From Lytechinus pictus (lineage: Eukaryota): a DNA stretch of 64,000 nucleotides. The position numbers and the translations under genes were made by a program. The stretch covers positions 12,276,001-12,340,000 of the forward strand of contig NC_087247.1 in the NCBI RefSeq assembly GCF_037042905.1. Reading direction: 5' to 3'. Shown one piece after another: positions 35,601-50,600 of this stretch. Positions within the stretch are counted from its first letter, which is position 1. Each line of letters starts with the position of its first letter. The notes beneath the pieces were generated by a model. The model did no database searches. It saw only the letters and a program-made list of their open reading frames with translations, and had not been told where the DNA came from.

Positions 35601-38600
35601 TTGGGAATTTTCAGATTGTGAGACAGCTCTCCAATTATGGTCTAAGAAAACAGTTTCATTTAAAAGAAAAACACAGATGATTGAATAATGAATTATGAGT
35701 TTTATGCAGTGGTGCACTTGAACATGAACGTTGTGGTTGATATATACTGAGTTCATACATGTATTTCCCAATACCCTCATCGTATCATATCATTGGTCCT
35801 TGTCCTGTTGTATCCCTCCACACATGTAATGTACCCCTATTCTATCCAATACTGTAAAACCATTGTCACTGCCAGAGTATGAAATAAATTAAAGACCAAC
35901 CCCACCCTTTTCTGTTATTTTTCTTTTATAAAGTACAGTAATACTTACTAAAAGTTCTTAGATCATCAATATTTAAAAGACCCTATTACTGTCATATATC
36001 TCAGATACCATACTCACTTTGCGTGGTGTGGAGTAATTGTTATTATCAATACTGTATTGGTATATGTTAGACACTGTATATATTTTGTAAAATTGTATCA
36101 TTTTTGTAATCTTTTTTATTAATTGACGAAATATCAAGATTACCTTTGTAATTTTAAATGACATATTTGATGAGGTAAAAGAAACAAGTGTTGTAGGAAA
36201 TCATGTAGCATTTAATTGTCCATGGATGGGGATTTTTTTTTTAATGCTGAGATCTTTAACCTGTTTGCATGTTCTGACTATGATGAACTTCAATAGCTTC
36301 ATATTCATGGCTGTGTCTTTGTTTACTAACCGCATGGCACTACCGCCCATGCATGTTTCTGTTATGACATGGCCTGCTTTATCATATCATCCATTCTCAT
36401 CTTATTTTAATTGTGTATATTGCATGTCATCAGTCGACCCTTTTCACGTTTCATGATTTGTTCTGCATGATGTTAATCACTTTTTATTGGATGATTTGTC
36501 ATTTATCTTCTTGAAACACTCTTAAAGTTTTAATAGCTCACAACTTTGTTACATGCTTGTTTGTTCCTGTGGTGTCAAGCCGACTCAGAATGGCACTTGC
36601 AAGTCAAGGTGACTCTTTTTCTGGGTCATTTTAACTCAGAATAGAGTTAACTTTTCATTTTAAATCAAATTTGACACTGCAGAATTAAGAGTGGTCATTA
36701 TCCGACCCACAAGATTACTACTTGATACCTATTCAGCTGTCCACGTCTAGTTTGGTGGGGATTCTTTGATTATAAGAGCAAATAGTTTCCCTCAAATTGT
36801 TAAATACTGATCACCAGCTCAAAGATTTTGTTTTACTGAAATCTAATTTGTTATATTTCTTTGAGAGATAGTTAATTCTGTAAAGAATATATTAATAATA
36901 GGATTGATATGTAACCTTTTTCATCAATTTCACCCTAAATTTATAATCATTTATCTATCAAATGACTGATGCTAGTAAAGTAATGAAAGTTTCATCATTC
37001 AATGGTTACTTTGATTTCAAATTTGTATTGTTAACATATCAAACATGGTAAATATGTTTCATATTTGTGTTGAATGGGACATTCGTATGAAGACATATGC
37101 CTCTTTTTTAGCGTTTGGAAGTTTATTTCCAAAATTGTTTTATTTGTCAGATGACACCATTTATTTCCTAATTGATCTGGAAATCCTTATACGTTAATGT
37201 TTTGGAAAAAAGTATTTTAATTGTTATTCCACGATACATTGATGCCTCCTTTGAAAGAAGTTTGTTTGTGTGATTTTGAAATATTTTCTTTGTTTCATAG
37301 TTCACGTATAACTTACAGTTATACTCAGTAATAGATTTGATGCTTTCTTTTGAACTTAAATGTATTCTAGCTGTCTTCTTTAATCTTTGTATTCTGTAAA
37401 TACAATCAATGTTTATATTTTAAGACGCTTTTGCATGCCAAAAAGCATGGATATCAGATTTGATAAACCCTTAGTTGTTAATTTGTATTATAGTTGTATA
37501 TACATGTAGTGCATGATAAAATAACGATTATAGAAATGATTTATGTACAGTAATGGTTGATTGCACAATGTTGTATACGCGTGTTTTAGAATTTAATAAC
37601 TTTTGTAAATCAGTAGCAGATCCGAATCCCAATAAAGTTTGAAACACTTGTAATGACTTGTAAGTAATTTCAGTATTTATTTACCTTTCAAAAAAAAAAA
37701 ATATGTTACAATATAAATAGTGCCATTTTGTAAGTTTAGGTATGACTTCATTTTTTCCCAAATAAAACTTGACTTTTTTTGCATGGGGTACATATAAATC
37801 AAACCACTCAAAAATTTCTGAAGTATTATTATGTCCCCCATTTACATTATCCAATTGTTTCAATAATGCACTTTGAAAGGCAATGCTATTTTGTGTTGAT
37901 ATACCAGGAAATTGGTCGAATTCTGGCACTATAGGATATTCCTTGATGAAATGTTGATTGCTTACACTAACAACTTTGATAGTGAAGTCATTGACCCTAT
38001 TACTTTTAATGTATAGTTTGCACTTAGTTAATGGCCCTTCACAGCAATATACTCACTTGATGGCAAAATTGAATGTTATTTGTGCTATTTCCTGTATCTG
38101 TGTAGTTGAACTATTTGTCTGATCCGCCAAATGTCGACTTCTTGGAAGTAGAGTACGAGACGGAAGAAAAGAAAGTGGTGAGTGGTTGTCGACTTTTGAT
38201 GATTCTCCATCGCAAAATAGATCCTGTAAATTGGATCTATATTTCAATGAATGATTGAGATCATTTCACTGCACTTATTTTTAGAATTGGTACATTTTGA
38301 TCTATTCTGATGTCAATCATGTAGAATATCCGTATGACTTTAAACATGCCTGTCTGATCTTTAAAACAATGGCAAAGTGATGAACATTGAAATTGGGAAT
38401 CGGTGAATATGTTTAAAATGTGGCATCATTTTTGTACTATTGAAGGGTCGAGATTCATATAGATTTCCCTCTTAAAATGATAAGAAGGTCCCTTTTTTCC
38501 AACATTTTTAGTGCAGAGTCAAATAAGGTTGTATTTCAATGTTAAATGATGAAAAATGTTTTCAAATTAAATTGAAAGAATTGTATTTTCTCTCAGTTAA

Positions 38601-41600
38601 TTTTTAATCGATATTAGTTATATGATGGGTGTCTTATTTTTGGTTTGTGTTCAAGTGCTTTTTCCTAATGATTGCAACTTGATTCTTGAGAATACTATAT
38701 TACACAAATTCAAAATCAATATTCATTCTCAGTTGCGGAGAGACATGATCGACAGGAAATCAGGCACTGTTGAGCTGGAGACGCCAATCATGTCCAGAGA
38801 TGAGGTAAGAAACACATAAACTGACATAATCACTAGATTGCAAGGATCATTCGAACCCATTCAAATTGGCAACATGAATCGAGTCGCATTTGTAGTATGC
38901 ATTATTTTAGATTTAGATTTTTTAAAAAGTATTTGAACACCACTCTTAAGAAAAAGGGAAGAATAAAGAACTTGAAGGAATTCAGAATTTAGTGTTCAAA
39001 TTTATTGAATTAAGTAGTGAGAGTCATACTATAAATTGAACCAAATATTCCTGATAAAGAAATTCTTATTGAAGAGATTAAATAAGTGTAATTTCATGTT
39101 TTTTATAATATGTTTTGATAAGTTGTAATAATTGGGCTGCCAGAACTTATGGGTACGTTCATTTTTTACTACTTTATTTTACAGTTCACATAACAGGATA
39201 AGTTATTATTATTTTTCTTTAGATTTTCAAACAATTAATTTTGAGAGAAAGAAATTGCTTCTATCTTATTTAATTTCTCTTTTTGTCACAGAGATATTTG
39301 GAATATGTGAACATGACCTATTCTTATACATTCATTGACAACACAACGTTCAGGTAAGAGTGCTTATAATTCAAAGGAACATTTCACGAAACAAAATTTG
39401 ATTTTTTTTTTTCCTTGAACCGTTGTCCTAAGCTACCAAAATTCCTGCTAGTTTGTCGGTGAAAATCATTTACAATTATATCCTTCCTCATTACCTGGCT
39501 GTAAAAATCCAAGTTAGGTTTTAATGCCATGAAAACCAGCTAAAGAACTTATGAAGCAGTTTGATAATTTATATGGATTGAAGAACATATTGATCATTTA
39601 ATCATTTTGGCATTGTGAAGAACATTTTTTTAAATATTTTTGATGTTAAGAATTCTATTCTAAGATTGGTCAAAATTCAGCAAAAGTGATGGAAACTTAA
39701 TTAGTGTTTTGCTGACCATTTCAGCCCATATTTAGAGCCCTTATGCATTATAACGATAATTGCATCTAGCTTGCCTATCACCTTAAATAGTAATTATTTG
39801 CTTACTTTGTTGAAGAAGTAAGTTAATTTTGACATTAATGGAAGGTAGATTGTAGGAATTAGTGGAAAGTACATGTATTTCTACAATTATTCATGTTGGC
39901 TCCATTCTTTAGCTTTGTTTCTTCATCTATTTTACAGTGTCGCAATTGCTCAGCCCAGCTTCGACCTGTATCAACTCACACCTCCCGAAAATATGAATCT
40001 GGTTATGGGTAAGTAAAATCAACCGCACCCTAAGATTTGCAATTTGGAAAAATGTTGAATAGTGTCTATATATAATACCATATCTTAAAAATCTTTTTAT
40101 GATCAATAAATAATGATGATGATAATGATGGCTGGTTTGTCAGGGCCGAGTTTAAGTGGCAATTTTGCAAGTTAGTTTGTGAGATGATAGAATATGACCA
40201 GGAACTTTGGCAGATAAATCCTCTATCTATGCGTCCTATCCAAATCTGCCAATCTAGTGTCAATTAATTTTATATTTGAGCGGGCTGAAATTTCTGGTGA
40301 TGTAAATCTTCTTTGAAGGAGGAAAGATAATTTTCCTTCTTTGTGAAATGACATTATAGATGTTTTCATTCAAGATAATTTTATGTCCATGAGGTCAATA
40401 TTTACAATGTCTGGATTACTATTTTAGTAATTATCATTTGGAACATCAAAGAGGGAGACTGATGAAGTAATATGTAAAAGCTCTTTGTTGAATTCAAGTA
40501 TTGAATTTTGTTTTCTTTTATTTTCAGAGCTGACTAACATCATGGATAGAAGTGATATACTCATTGCTCCTTGGTAAGTTGAGTAATCTTCACAATTCCT
40601 TCTTTGGCCGAAGTTTCTATCATTCATGAAGTCAAAAGCCCTTTATACATGTAGTCCCCAATGTTTTTATTGTTACAAAGGGCCTATACTTATGCTACCA
40701 ATTCAGTGCATATATGTTTCAAATATTAGTTTTGTTTATTTATATCTTGCATTTCCATTCATATTTTTTCTTGTTTCTCAATAGTGATGCATACATTTCA
40801 TGTTTGGACCATACATCACTCTGGATTTTCCCCCTCTTAACAGATATTCATTTTCTGAGTATTTTCCCTTATTTCATTTGTAATTAATTCTATTAAACAG
40901 AATGAATAATCATCATAAATTCTTGTATAATTCCCCTTTAAAAAATTACATGGTACAATTATCCTGCATAAACCCTAATTAATTTTTACCTCTTATAACT
41001 ACAAGATCACATAAGATAAAGCAAGTAACGAAGGGGAAAGTAGAGAAATGCATGAGAAACTGAAGAAAAAGGTGTTAAAACTTTATTAAGATCCATTTTA
41101 AATGAAGAGAGGTATGGATATGTCTTAAAGCAGATATTAACTAATTGCACCATTTTGAGTCCTCAACTACTCATACCTGGCCAGTTTCCTGACCCCTAAT
41201 GCTAGTGAAGTCTAGTAATATAGACCCACTTGAATGATAACATGCTAATTAACAACTCAATACAATACATTTATATCGCAATAATTATGTTACCAAGAAG
41301 CAAAACAATTACTTTTCCTCTCAAAACATTTTAGTTTCTCTATACAAATACAGGTCAAGTTATTCTGTAGTATTAGTACATGAAGATATCTGAAAAAGTA
41401 TAACGTATGATTACTAACAGACCTTGCAAGCATGAGGGATGTGAATAGGTACTTTCAAGGAGGACATATTGTTATATTTTGTTTGAAAAATTAATGGAAA
41501 GATGCCTTTCGTATTTGAATACTATAACACTATACACTAAAAAGACAGGAATTTGAAATCCATTACTGCTCTGAATAGTGACCAGTCGATATTATGATTT

Positions 41601-44600
41601 AAAATCAATCTTTAAAAATTTAAATGTAAATCTTAAAGATTGATTTTTAAATCCAAATGTATTAGAATTTAAATCTTTATGGATTAATCTTAAATCCCAA
41701 CATTGACTGGTCACTGTTCATAACTGTAATGGATTTATTTTAAGTCCTTATAATTTAGAGTGTACATTGAGAATGAATATTCACGTAGTTAACATGTCAT
41801 TCTATATAATTCACGTCAGCAGTGAGTTATTAACATTTCACATGACTATAGAAGAATTAACTTTTTCTATTAACGTGAAGATTTAATCCAGCTGAAAAAC
41901 AATTGAGCACTGATATTTTGTTTCTTTTGATGAACCTCTGCAGGGAATTTTGTGAGCAGTTTGTTGGAATGGATCCTGCTAACATTTCAACAGAAGATAT
42001 CAAATCAGCTATCCAGGATACTATTAAGAATAACAGTATAGGACTCGGAAGTGGTGGAGTTATTGTACTACAAAAATGTAAGTTTGATTCATAACTTTAG
42101 TAGTTAAGAGCATGCTACTGAGACAAAGAGAGAAGAGAATGAAAGGTGTGTGAAACAGGCCCGTACCCTGTCTTACAAAGAGTTACAATTGATCCGATCA
42201 ATCTCAAGTATATGGTAATCCAGCAATGTCATAAAGTTTTCTTTAGGAAATTTGCTCAATGTCCTTTGAAAACAAAGAGAAGCATACTGAATTGTCAAGA
42301 AAACAGTGAATGTATGAATATACATCATTTCGAGAAAACATTTTGAACAAACATACATTTTTAGATGTTGACGTTGCTGGCTTTCCATAATTGCCGTTGA
42401 TCGGATCAATCACAACTCTCTGTTAGACAGGGCAGAAAGAGGATTGATAGATCTATATATTTTATCATCATTTTATTTTTATTAAGAGAACTTTGGCATG
42501 TGTGAAATATGCATGTAATTTGCTTTTTTTGTGCTTCTATTCATCAGGCAATGATGAGATGGTGAGAAAACTCCTTGTGGATGCAGAAGTAACAAGTAAT
42601 TTATCCTCCTACTGGGAAACAAAGACTGATGATATGGAAGAGTAAGTTTATGTCTTGAGCTAAGTTAAAGGGCAAGACCATCTTAACATAATAAAACAAG
42701 TTGGATTTGATTAAAAAGCCAAAAACTGAACAAGCTTAACACTGAAAATGGCTTCAAAGTTGGCTTTCAAATAACAAGTTTTTTTAATTTCATAAAACAA
42801 TTATATTCACATTCTGGTAGTTATGACGTTGCCCTTTTGTATTTTATTAATCAAAAGATTTTAATTTTAACATTATGATGTTTAAAATGTGGAATTGCCA
42901 TTGTTGTTAATAAAAATAGTGAGTGACATCATCGACTCTCATTTTCATATGACTGTGTTGCCATGTAACTGTTATGAGACAAATATGCAAAAAAATTTAA
43001 TGCTATAACTGTCTTATTGTACATTCGATTTTGATTATTTTTTTGTGTTATGTTTGTTTGACATTGGCCCATACATTACATACACCCCTCTTATTCTCCT
43101 CCTCCTCATTCTCATTCTTCTCCTTCCTCTTCTTCAGGGTTTCTGATTTTTTAATACATTGTACTCCTGCATTATCTGTTCTTTATAAATAATAATGATG
43201 GAAAATATTCATTGGATTAATGCATACCACACCATAATTCTCTCCAGAGGAAATACATTTTCCCTTACGAAGTCAACCTCTTGTATTAAAAGTTGAAATT
43301 ATTTTATAGTCAAATATTTGTACGAAGCCGCTGCATTTTATCATCCATTGTCATTTTTAAAAAGTAATGTCAGTCAATTTCTTTGTAAATAAAAGCTACA
43401 TCATCAGTCCTTAAGGGTTGACTTTGGCAAATTTGTTGTAATTGAGTACAGTATATATTTTTTCCATTTCTCCCCCACAGTAACGGCATCATTTTTGTCT
43501 TGGCTGCTACTCAGGGTGGTCTCATAAAAGTTTTTCCTAAAAGGTAAGTTTGTTTTTGTGATGTATTTTCTCATGTTTGTGGAATCGTCGTGGCGTAGTG
43601 GTTCTAACTCTTGCCTTTCGCTCAGTGGGTCGTGGGTTCAAATCCTAGTTCAGGCGTCAATTTCTTTCAGCAATAAAATATGTTCACATTGGCTGCCCTT
43701 AACCCAGGTGAGGAAAATGGTTGTGCCTGTTAGATGTATGTTCTTTGATACATAATGATACGGCATGCTCTTTAAGTGGTAGATAACTTTTTCTTATCAA
43801 TTTAATTTAATTCAGGTTTGTTTTACGAAAATAAATTTGTTTCATATAATGTACCTCGTAGTTCATGTTGTCCGACCAGCTGAAAATCAGAAGCATCGGA
43901 ATTGAAGGTAATTCAAATTGAACTTTTGATTCATATTAGAGAAGCTTTTCACATTGATTGAAAAAGAATGTTTTTCTTCCCATGCAGCACCATATCAATG
44001 TGGAGTGCAGACGAAATCCAAAGAATGCAAGACCCATGGGAACAGAGTTATTATCAACGCAGTCTGTACACAGATAGATATGTCTTTTCTGTTCCATACA
44101 ATGATGGTATGAAATGTCGATTTTTATCTTGATATGTATTCTTTATGCATTCTGTGCACACAGGGTTTTAATTCTCCACCACTACATGTATTTTGTTTCT
44201 CTTCATAATGTTTATCGGGGGGGGGGGGGGCATCCTGGTCTAGTGGCTACGACTCTTGTCTTTCAATCAAAGGGACATGGGCGAGATATTTACCCACATT
44301 ATGCTGCACTCAACTCGAGTGAGGTTAATGGGTACTTGGCTGTATTAATTCCTTGAATGCTCTGAGCGCTGAAAGGCAGCTCGAGATAAAGCCGGGGTAA
44401 TGATAAAAATAGCAATGTACCTCGGAATAGATTATTTCTAAATAGATGGCACTATATAAATGCCTATTATTATTATTATTTTGATTATTATTATTATCTG
44501 CTTATTGATATGCAAGGTTCTCGAGATGTTGCCTTCTGGATTTGCATAGTGAGGTGGCTTTAAAAGCTTCCAAATATCTAACTGATGTTTGTTTCTTCTT

Positions 44601-47600
44601 TTTGTGCTTTTTTTACCAGGTGAAGGACCTCTCGGTAGTTTAACAGAGTTCCGTTCAAACATCACCATCAGCAAATCAGTGCCTCTTGATAACCAAGCAG
44701 TTCCTGCAGGTAAGAAATTTTAATTCATCAATTATTTTTGTTCTTAAATTGATTAACCTTCTTGTATATGTCAATTTATCAATCATCAGTGTATCAACTT
44801 TTCGACTCACTCGGATTGTGGCACGCACTGTACTCAAATAGAACTTTTCGCTTTGACTTTCAGTGACTATACAATGACTTTAAAAAAAAAATTTGCTTAT
44901 ACATATACTGCATGAAAATTTTTTATATTTGTTAATGTGTGTAACCTCTACATTATTTAAAGTCAATTTTTTTTTAATATTCTGTTAGTTCTATGTGAAA
45001 TGTATTTCAAGTTTCAGTGAGAATTTCCCCTCTTGTATATAACATATGCAATTTAGTGTATGCTGTCACTAATAAATCATATTTTGTTTGAATTTTTGAC
45101 GAAATTCCAAATTTATTTGTGAATCCAATCTGTTTTTGATTAAAATTAGTATTTTCTTATACAAAATATCTATCTTTTATCATTTATTTCAGTTGTCATG
45201 GTCATGATGGATCCAGCTTTTTTCAATGATTCTTGGGATCAGACCTCGAAGGTAAAGAAAAGGACACTCATGAGTATTTAGAAAGAATGATTAAGACTCA
45301 TCCATTTGTGACCAACTCTGACCAAAGATAGTGGCTACTTAATTTCAGAACTCCCATGGGTTTTTTTACAGGGAAACACAGTTCCAGTTGGCAATGCCCT
45401 TTTAGCAGTTGTCTAACATTGAATTCCCATGTTCTTTGGCCCGTATTCTGAAGTCGGGTTTAACTTAAACTCGGGTTTAAAGTTGTGGTTTAAGTGTGGA
45501 TAGCCAATTGTTACATAAATCACCAACAGTAGAGATATAATATTTCAGCTCATTTGACTCTCAAATGATTCATAATTGTCTAGGAAGTATAGATAGATGA
45601 TTGTCTTCACCATTGAAGAATCGGGAGAGAGCACAGTAAATATAAGAAACATACAACTATATAAAAACTTTGACACTTTTGGCTTCCCATAATTTTAGCA
45701 CAGAGTTAGACCATGGTCTAAGTTAAACCTGACTTCAGAATACGGGCCTTTATGTATTGTTAGTATTAATCTCAGCAATTTGATAAGTTCAGTAATTTTG
45801 CAGAGAGTGATATTTTGTTGTATTGGTGTAATGGTTCTGGCTCTTGCCTTGTAATCAGAGAGTCAAAGCCCACCGCTGCCGAGTGTCCTCTGGCAGTGCG
45901 TAAATAAACATTTTGCCTCTCTCCACCCAGGTGCTTAATATGCTACCCAGTAGGAGGTGAAAGTCATTGTCGCTTGTCCAGTGCTGTGTGCGACTCAATG
46001 GCAACTGGCTGAAATCCCCCCCAGGGAGTGGAGCATGTGAATATAATTTCTGCGCAGGAATGACTGAACGAATCTGATGATGGGGGTGATAATAAATCTG
46101 TAAGCGCTGAGACACGTTCAATGCCTTATAAACCTTTGTTATTGCTATTATTATTTTAAGATAATGATATATATGTAACTTGCTTCTGATTTGTTTTCAG
46201 GGTTTCAACGATCATACATTGGAATACTCCTGTGCAAACATGGTGAGTTTTTCTTGGTGAAGGGGCTTGTGCCATCACAACGGGTTATGGTGTCTGGTCG
46301 GGCAATCACGTGACGCAACTGTTCGAGAAAAGGGCTCCCTAAATTTCAGTTTACCAGACCTTTTGTTTATTTGGCTCTAATTTTCACAAAACATTTAAAT
46401 TGGACCTGAACATTTGTTTATGCGACTGATAATTTTCACAAAGTATCGGGTAAACTGGACCCGACCTCTTGGGAATTTAGTGGGCCCTTTTCTCGAATGG
46501 TCTGGTTACGTGATTGCCTGACCGGACGTGATAACCCGATGTGATAGCACAAGCCTTGTGAAGGTCAAGGGAGTTGGTAGGGGTAATAAAGCAAAATCCT
46601 AGTGGCAGTTTCTGATTGTGCAGATATTGATATCAGGTTTGCGATTAATCGCAAAATGAAATGGTCTATCAAGATCATCGTTGCATGTGGATTTTGTTCA
46701 GTAGGAACCAATCACAGTTGCTCTTTCAAATAAGCGATTAATCGCTAACCTTTGTGTTACGGGGCCCTGGTTGATGAAAGGTAGAACAGGGAACGAAGAC
46801 CTACTTGTATAGTCAAACCCTTCTATTAAGGCCACACATGGGAAACAAAAGAAGTTGCCATTGGTGAGAGGTTGACTTTATATACAGGTTCTATAATGCA
46901 TTCCTTTCAAACGGGGTCTTTAAAGACAGGATTCCTCTTGAGACAGGTATGTGATAATGAAACACAAATGCGTCACACAAATGCGTCAGGAGAAGTTGCA
47001 AACTTTTGAGCAGAGTGATGGTTTTGTAGCTTCATTGGAAAATGGAAAAACAGAACATTTTCATGATGGAAATGACAGGAAATAAATAATAAAAATGCTT
47101 TTGAGACGGTCTTTAAAACTTTTCCTCGTAATGAGTTTCCAATAACATGGATATCATCAGTGAAAAACAAATATTTTTTTTATAAAGCTTAGATGTCTGA
47201 AATTTTATCCTAATCAACGTATTTTTTCTTTGAAATTAGGAGCTGAAATGTTATCTTCTTGACGATGGTGGTTTTATCATAGCTACGAACCAGATATTTG
47301 AACAAGATGAGGTAAGTTTATTGTTTTGCTCTTTCTCTTTCTGCTTTTTATTCCTTTTCTCCTTCTTGAAGTCTGCATTCAGTTGTGGTAAATCCCCCTT
47401 AAAGTGAAGGTTGCTATTCCGATCCATTCTAGATAATATGAATGTGTATGCCCTAAAATAGTTATGATATTAAGGATATTAGATGTCTGGATATTTTTTC
47501 TCTTTGATATAAAATTTTACTTTTCAAGCATGGTAAGAGCTGAAAAAGTCAGGATATGATCCTTGCCTATTACTTTCTGATAACTAATCATTAAATTTGT

Positions 47601-50600
47601 AAGATACGTGCACAGATAGTTCCACTTATTCTTCTTATCATTTATTAATGGCTGTCTAATTTATCATGATATCTGATTTGTGATATCAAAATCTTTGTTT
47701 TTTTTATCATCTAGCTGTTAAGTGATTCTCTTTTTTAGAAAGCATGTTACTAAATCAAGAAAGCTATAACCTATTAAACAAACATCAAATCTAAGTTCCA
47801 AAGAGTCTGTGCTGTAAGGAAAGTCAACTGGCCACCAATGACATCTACATGGGGTTTTGTTGTATTGTGCCATTTATGTTTGATTCTATTCTCCTGCAAT
47901 GTCATGCAATCTTCATCATTTGTCTTATTTATGGCAGGTTGGGCGTTTCTATGGAGAAATTGATGGCAACATCATGGTTGAAATGACAAATTATGGAATC
48001 TATGATCGGTATGTAGTCTTTCTGTCATTTCCAACAACTGTGGAGTGAACATGTAACTCTTACATGCAACTGTAATTCATTCCTTATAACTTGATCGGTA
48101 TTTTGTTTCAATCTCTTTAAAGTCCAGATTACTTAGCTATTTCAAAATGTATTTTTCATTATTGATTTCAGAGAGTGGATGATTACCTTTCTCCTATTTT
48201 AACAAACCCTTTAGGGTAGAAGTAACCTCCTACAGTAATATCTTCCCTTAGAATGTGATAAAAGATATTTTCAATTTGTATTTGTCAAAGTATGGACTAT
48301 AGACTGAACCACTTTAAGAATTATCTTTGTCATTATTTCTTTCAATACTTGAAAATATGACTTCTAAACTCATATCATACAATATAATTTGAAAAATAAA
48401 CCTTTTTAAGTTGGTACTTTTCAAGGACATCTTACACCCAACCATTTTAAAATTTCTCTTCATTATGATTTCCTTTCAATGCTTGAAAATATGACTTCTA
48501 AACTCATATCATACAATAGAATTTGAAAAATAAACCTTTTTAAATTGGTACTTTTTAAGGACATCTTACACCCAAACATTTTAAAATTTCTCTTCATTAT
48601 GATTTCCTTTCACTATTTCTTGGGAAAATATGACTTGTAAAGCCATATTGTACTATAGAATTTGAAAGATAAGCCTTTTTTTAATTTGGTACTTTTTAAG
48701 GACATCTTACAGCCAACCATTTTAAAATTTCTCTTCATTATGAATTTCAGCAAGCAGATGTTTGACTACCAAGCGGCTTGTGAGAGGGTTCCACCAAGTG
48801 ACAGTGCAGGCATTAAATCTTGGTTTGTGGTATGTACCTCAGGTTTCCTCACATTAAAATTACCCTTCCAAGGCTACATTCCAAATAATCTTGTGTATAA
48901 CTGGGATACATCCATTTAATCTTTTGCTAATTCATTCACTATGAATCCGTACACCGAAGACAATAGCACACAAAATTCCTTGTGCTAGCTCATCTCCCCG
49001 CGTCATAGTCAACCAAGCAAAGAGACTCCATTTCCTCTTTTCACTTTGTCCGTCGCGTGTTCGGACGTCTCAGATAAGTGGGTCTCGATATCTTGAATTC
49101 TATTCCATCCATGAATAATTATTTCACATTTGATCCTGGCTGCTTCACCTAAAGGGGAAGCGATCAAACTATCACTGTCTTGTCTCTCACTGACTGTACA
49201 ATTTCAATGGCTTGTCTTAGAATATACCTTTTTAGACAACTATGAGTGATACACAGGATGAATTAACCCATATTTCTTTTGTGTATAAAGAAACCGATAC
49301 GTTTTTAAGAGGAAAGGTACCTGTAATGTATTTATTGCAATATGAATGTAGGCCCTATTGAGCAGTGAGTAAGTGTGTTATTATGGGGGCGTGGGGGTAT
49401 CGTGGTCTAGTGGCTAAGACTCTCGTCTTTCAATCTGAAGGACGTGGGTTCAACTCCAAGCCATGGCGTGTTTTCCTTCAGCAAGAAATTTACCCACATT
49501 GTGCTGCACTCAACCCAGGTTGAGGCAGACAGGAAGTAATTCCTCAAAAAGCTCTTTAAATGGGGACTGTCCTCAAAGTTGGCCAATCAAACATGCAGTG
49601 GGGGATATAGATCCATGTGCTCCAGTGTTAGCCCTGTTACATATACCTATTTATAAAACAATTATAAATATGTTTTGAATTTTGGCATATAAAAATTACC
49701 CTAAAAATGTATGAAATAATTGCTGCCATACTGCATGTACTTTTGTGACCCAAGTCGATTTATTGTGCCTGACTTTGTCTTAGTTAACTTTGTAAAATCT
49801 TATATTTTCCATGCAAAGTTCTGCCCTTGATTGACAAGATATTATGACACACCAACAGTTTATTTATTTTCCATGTTGAAGGTGTATGCATTTAGATTCC
49901 ATTTGATTTTTTCTTTTCCAAAATATATTCATTGTCTTTTTTCATTTCTAGAAAGATTCACTTGTATATGATTTCTTTACTCACCCACTTTTTTCACAGC
50001 CAACTTTTTATGATGTATTCAATTTCCAAATATGGGCTGCAAATGCATTGTGGTAAGTCCTTTTTAAACATTAATTAAAAGATTGTAATACAAACATGTT
50101 AATTTGTAAGCCTTCTTTTCCTATCTTCTCTTTCAATAAGATTTTTTTTTTAATTCAACACCTGAACATATTAAAAACAAAAAATCTTAATATGCATGTT
50201 TGTAAATAAAAATATAATTATGAAAATTCATTTTCAAACCAGAATTTTCTAGAGAAATTTGAATTCTGATTGAAGTTCCAATGTGTGTTTATATGCTATG
50301 ATTGATATATTGAGAACTCTCTTTTAAATTCCCCAAAATTTTTTATTCTTTGTCTTTCCCCCTTAATAGGACTTTTATTCATCAAACCTTTATGGATTTT
50401 CTACTATTTGGATGGACAGATGTTTCAAGTAAGTATCTGACAAATATCTCCTTGCTTTGTAAATGCATGATATGCACTTGTCATTTGATTAATTATTAAT
50501 TTCAATTTTTGTTATTGAAAAGTAGCATTGGATTCACTTCTATTTGCGAATGTTTTGCAATGATGAGATACATACATATACAAACCAACAGTTAAAATGC

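Noticed and set aside
43581-43655. tRNA-like A and B boxes (also at 44227, 49393, 62268)
   Set aside because: Each runs into a shared SINE core with no intact cloverleaf, so these are SINE heads, not tRNA genes.
48940-49165. CpG-richer segment with an antisense acceptor and ~45 open codons
   Set aside because: No recognisable protein and no partner exons; more likely a repeat fragment than a nested gene.
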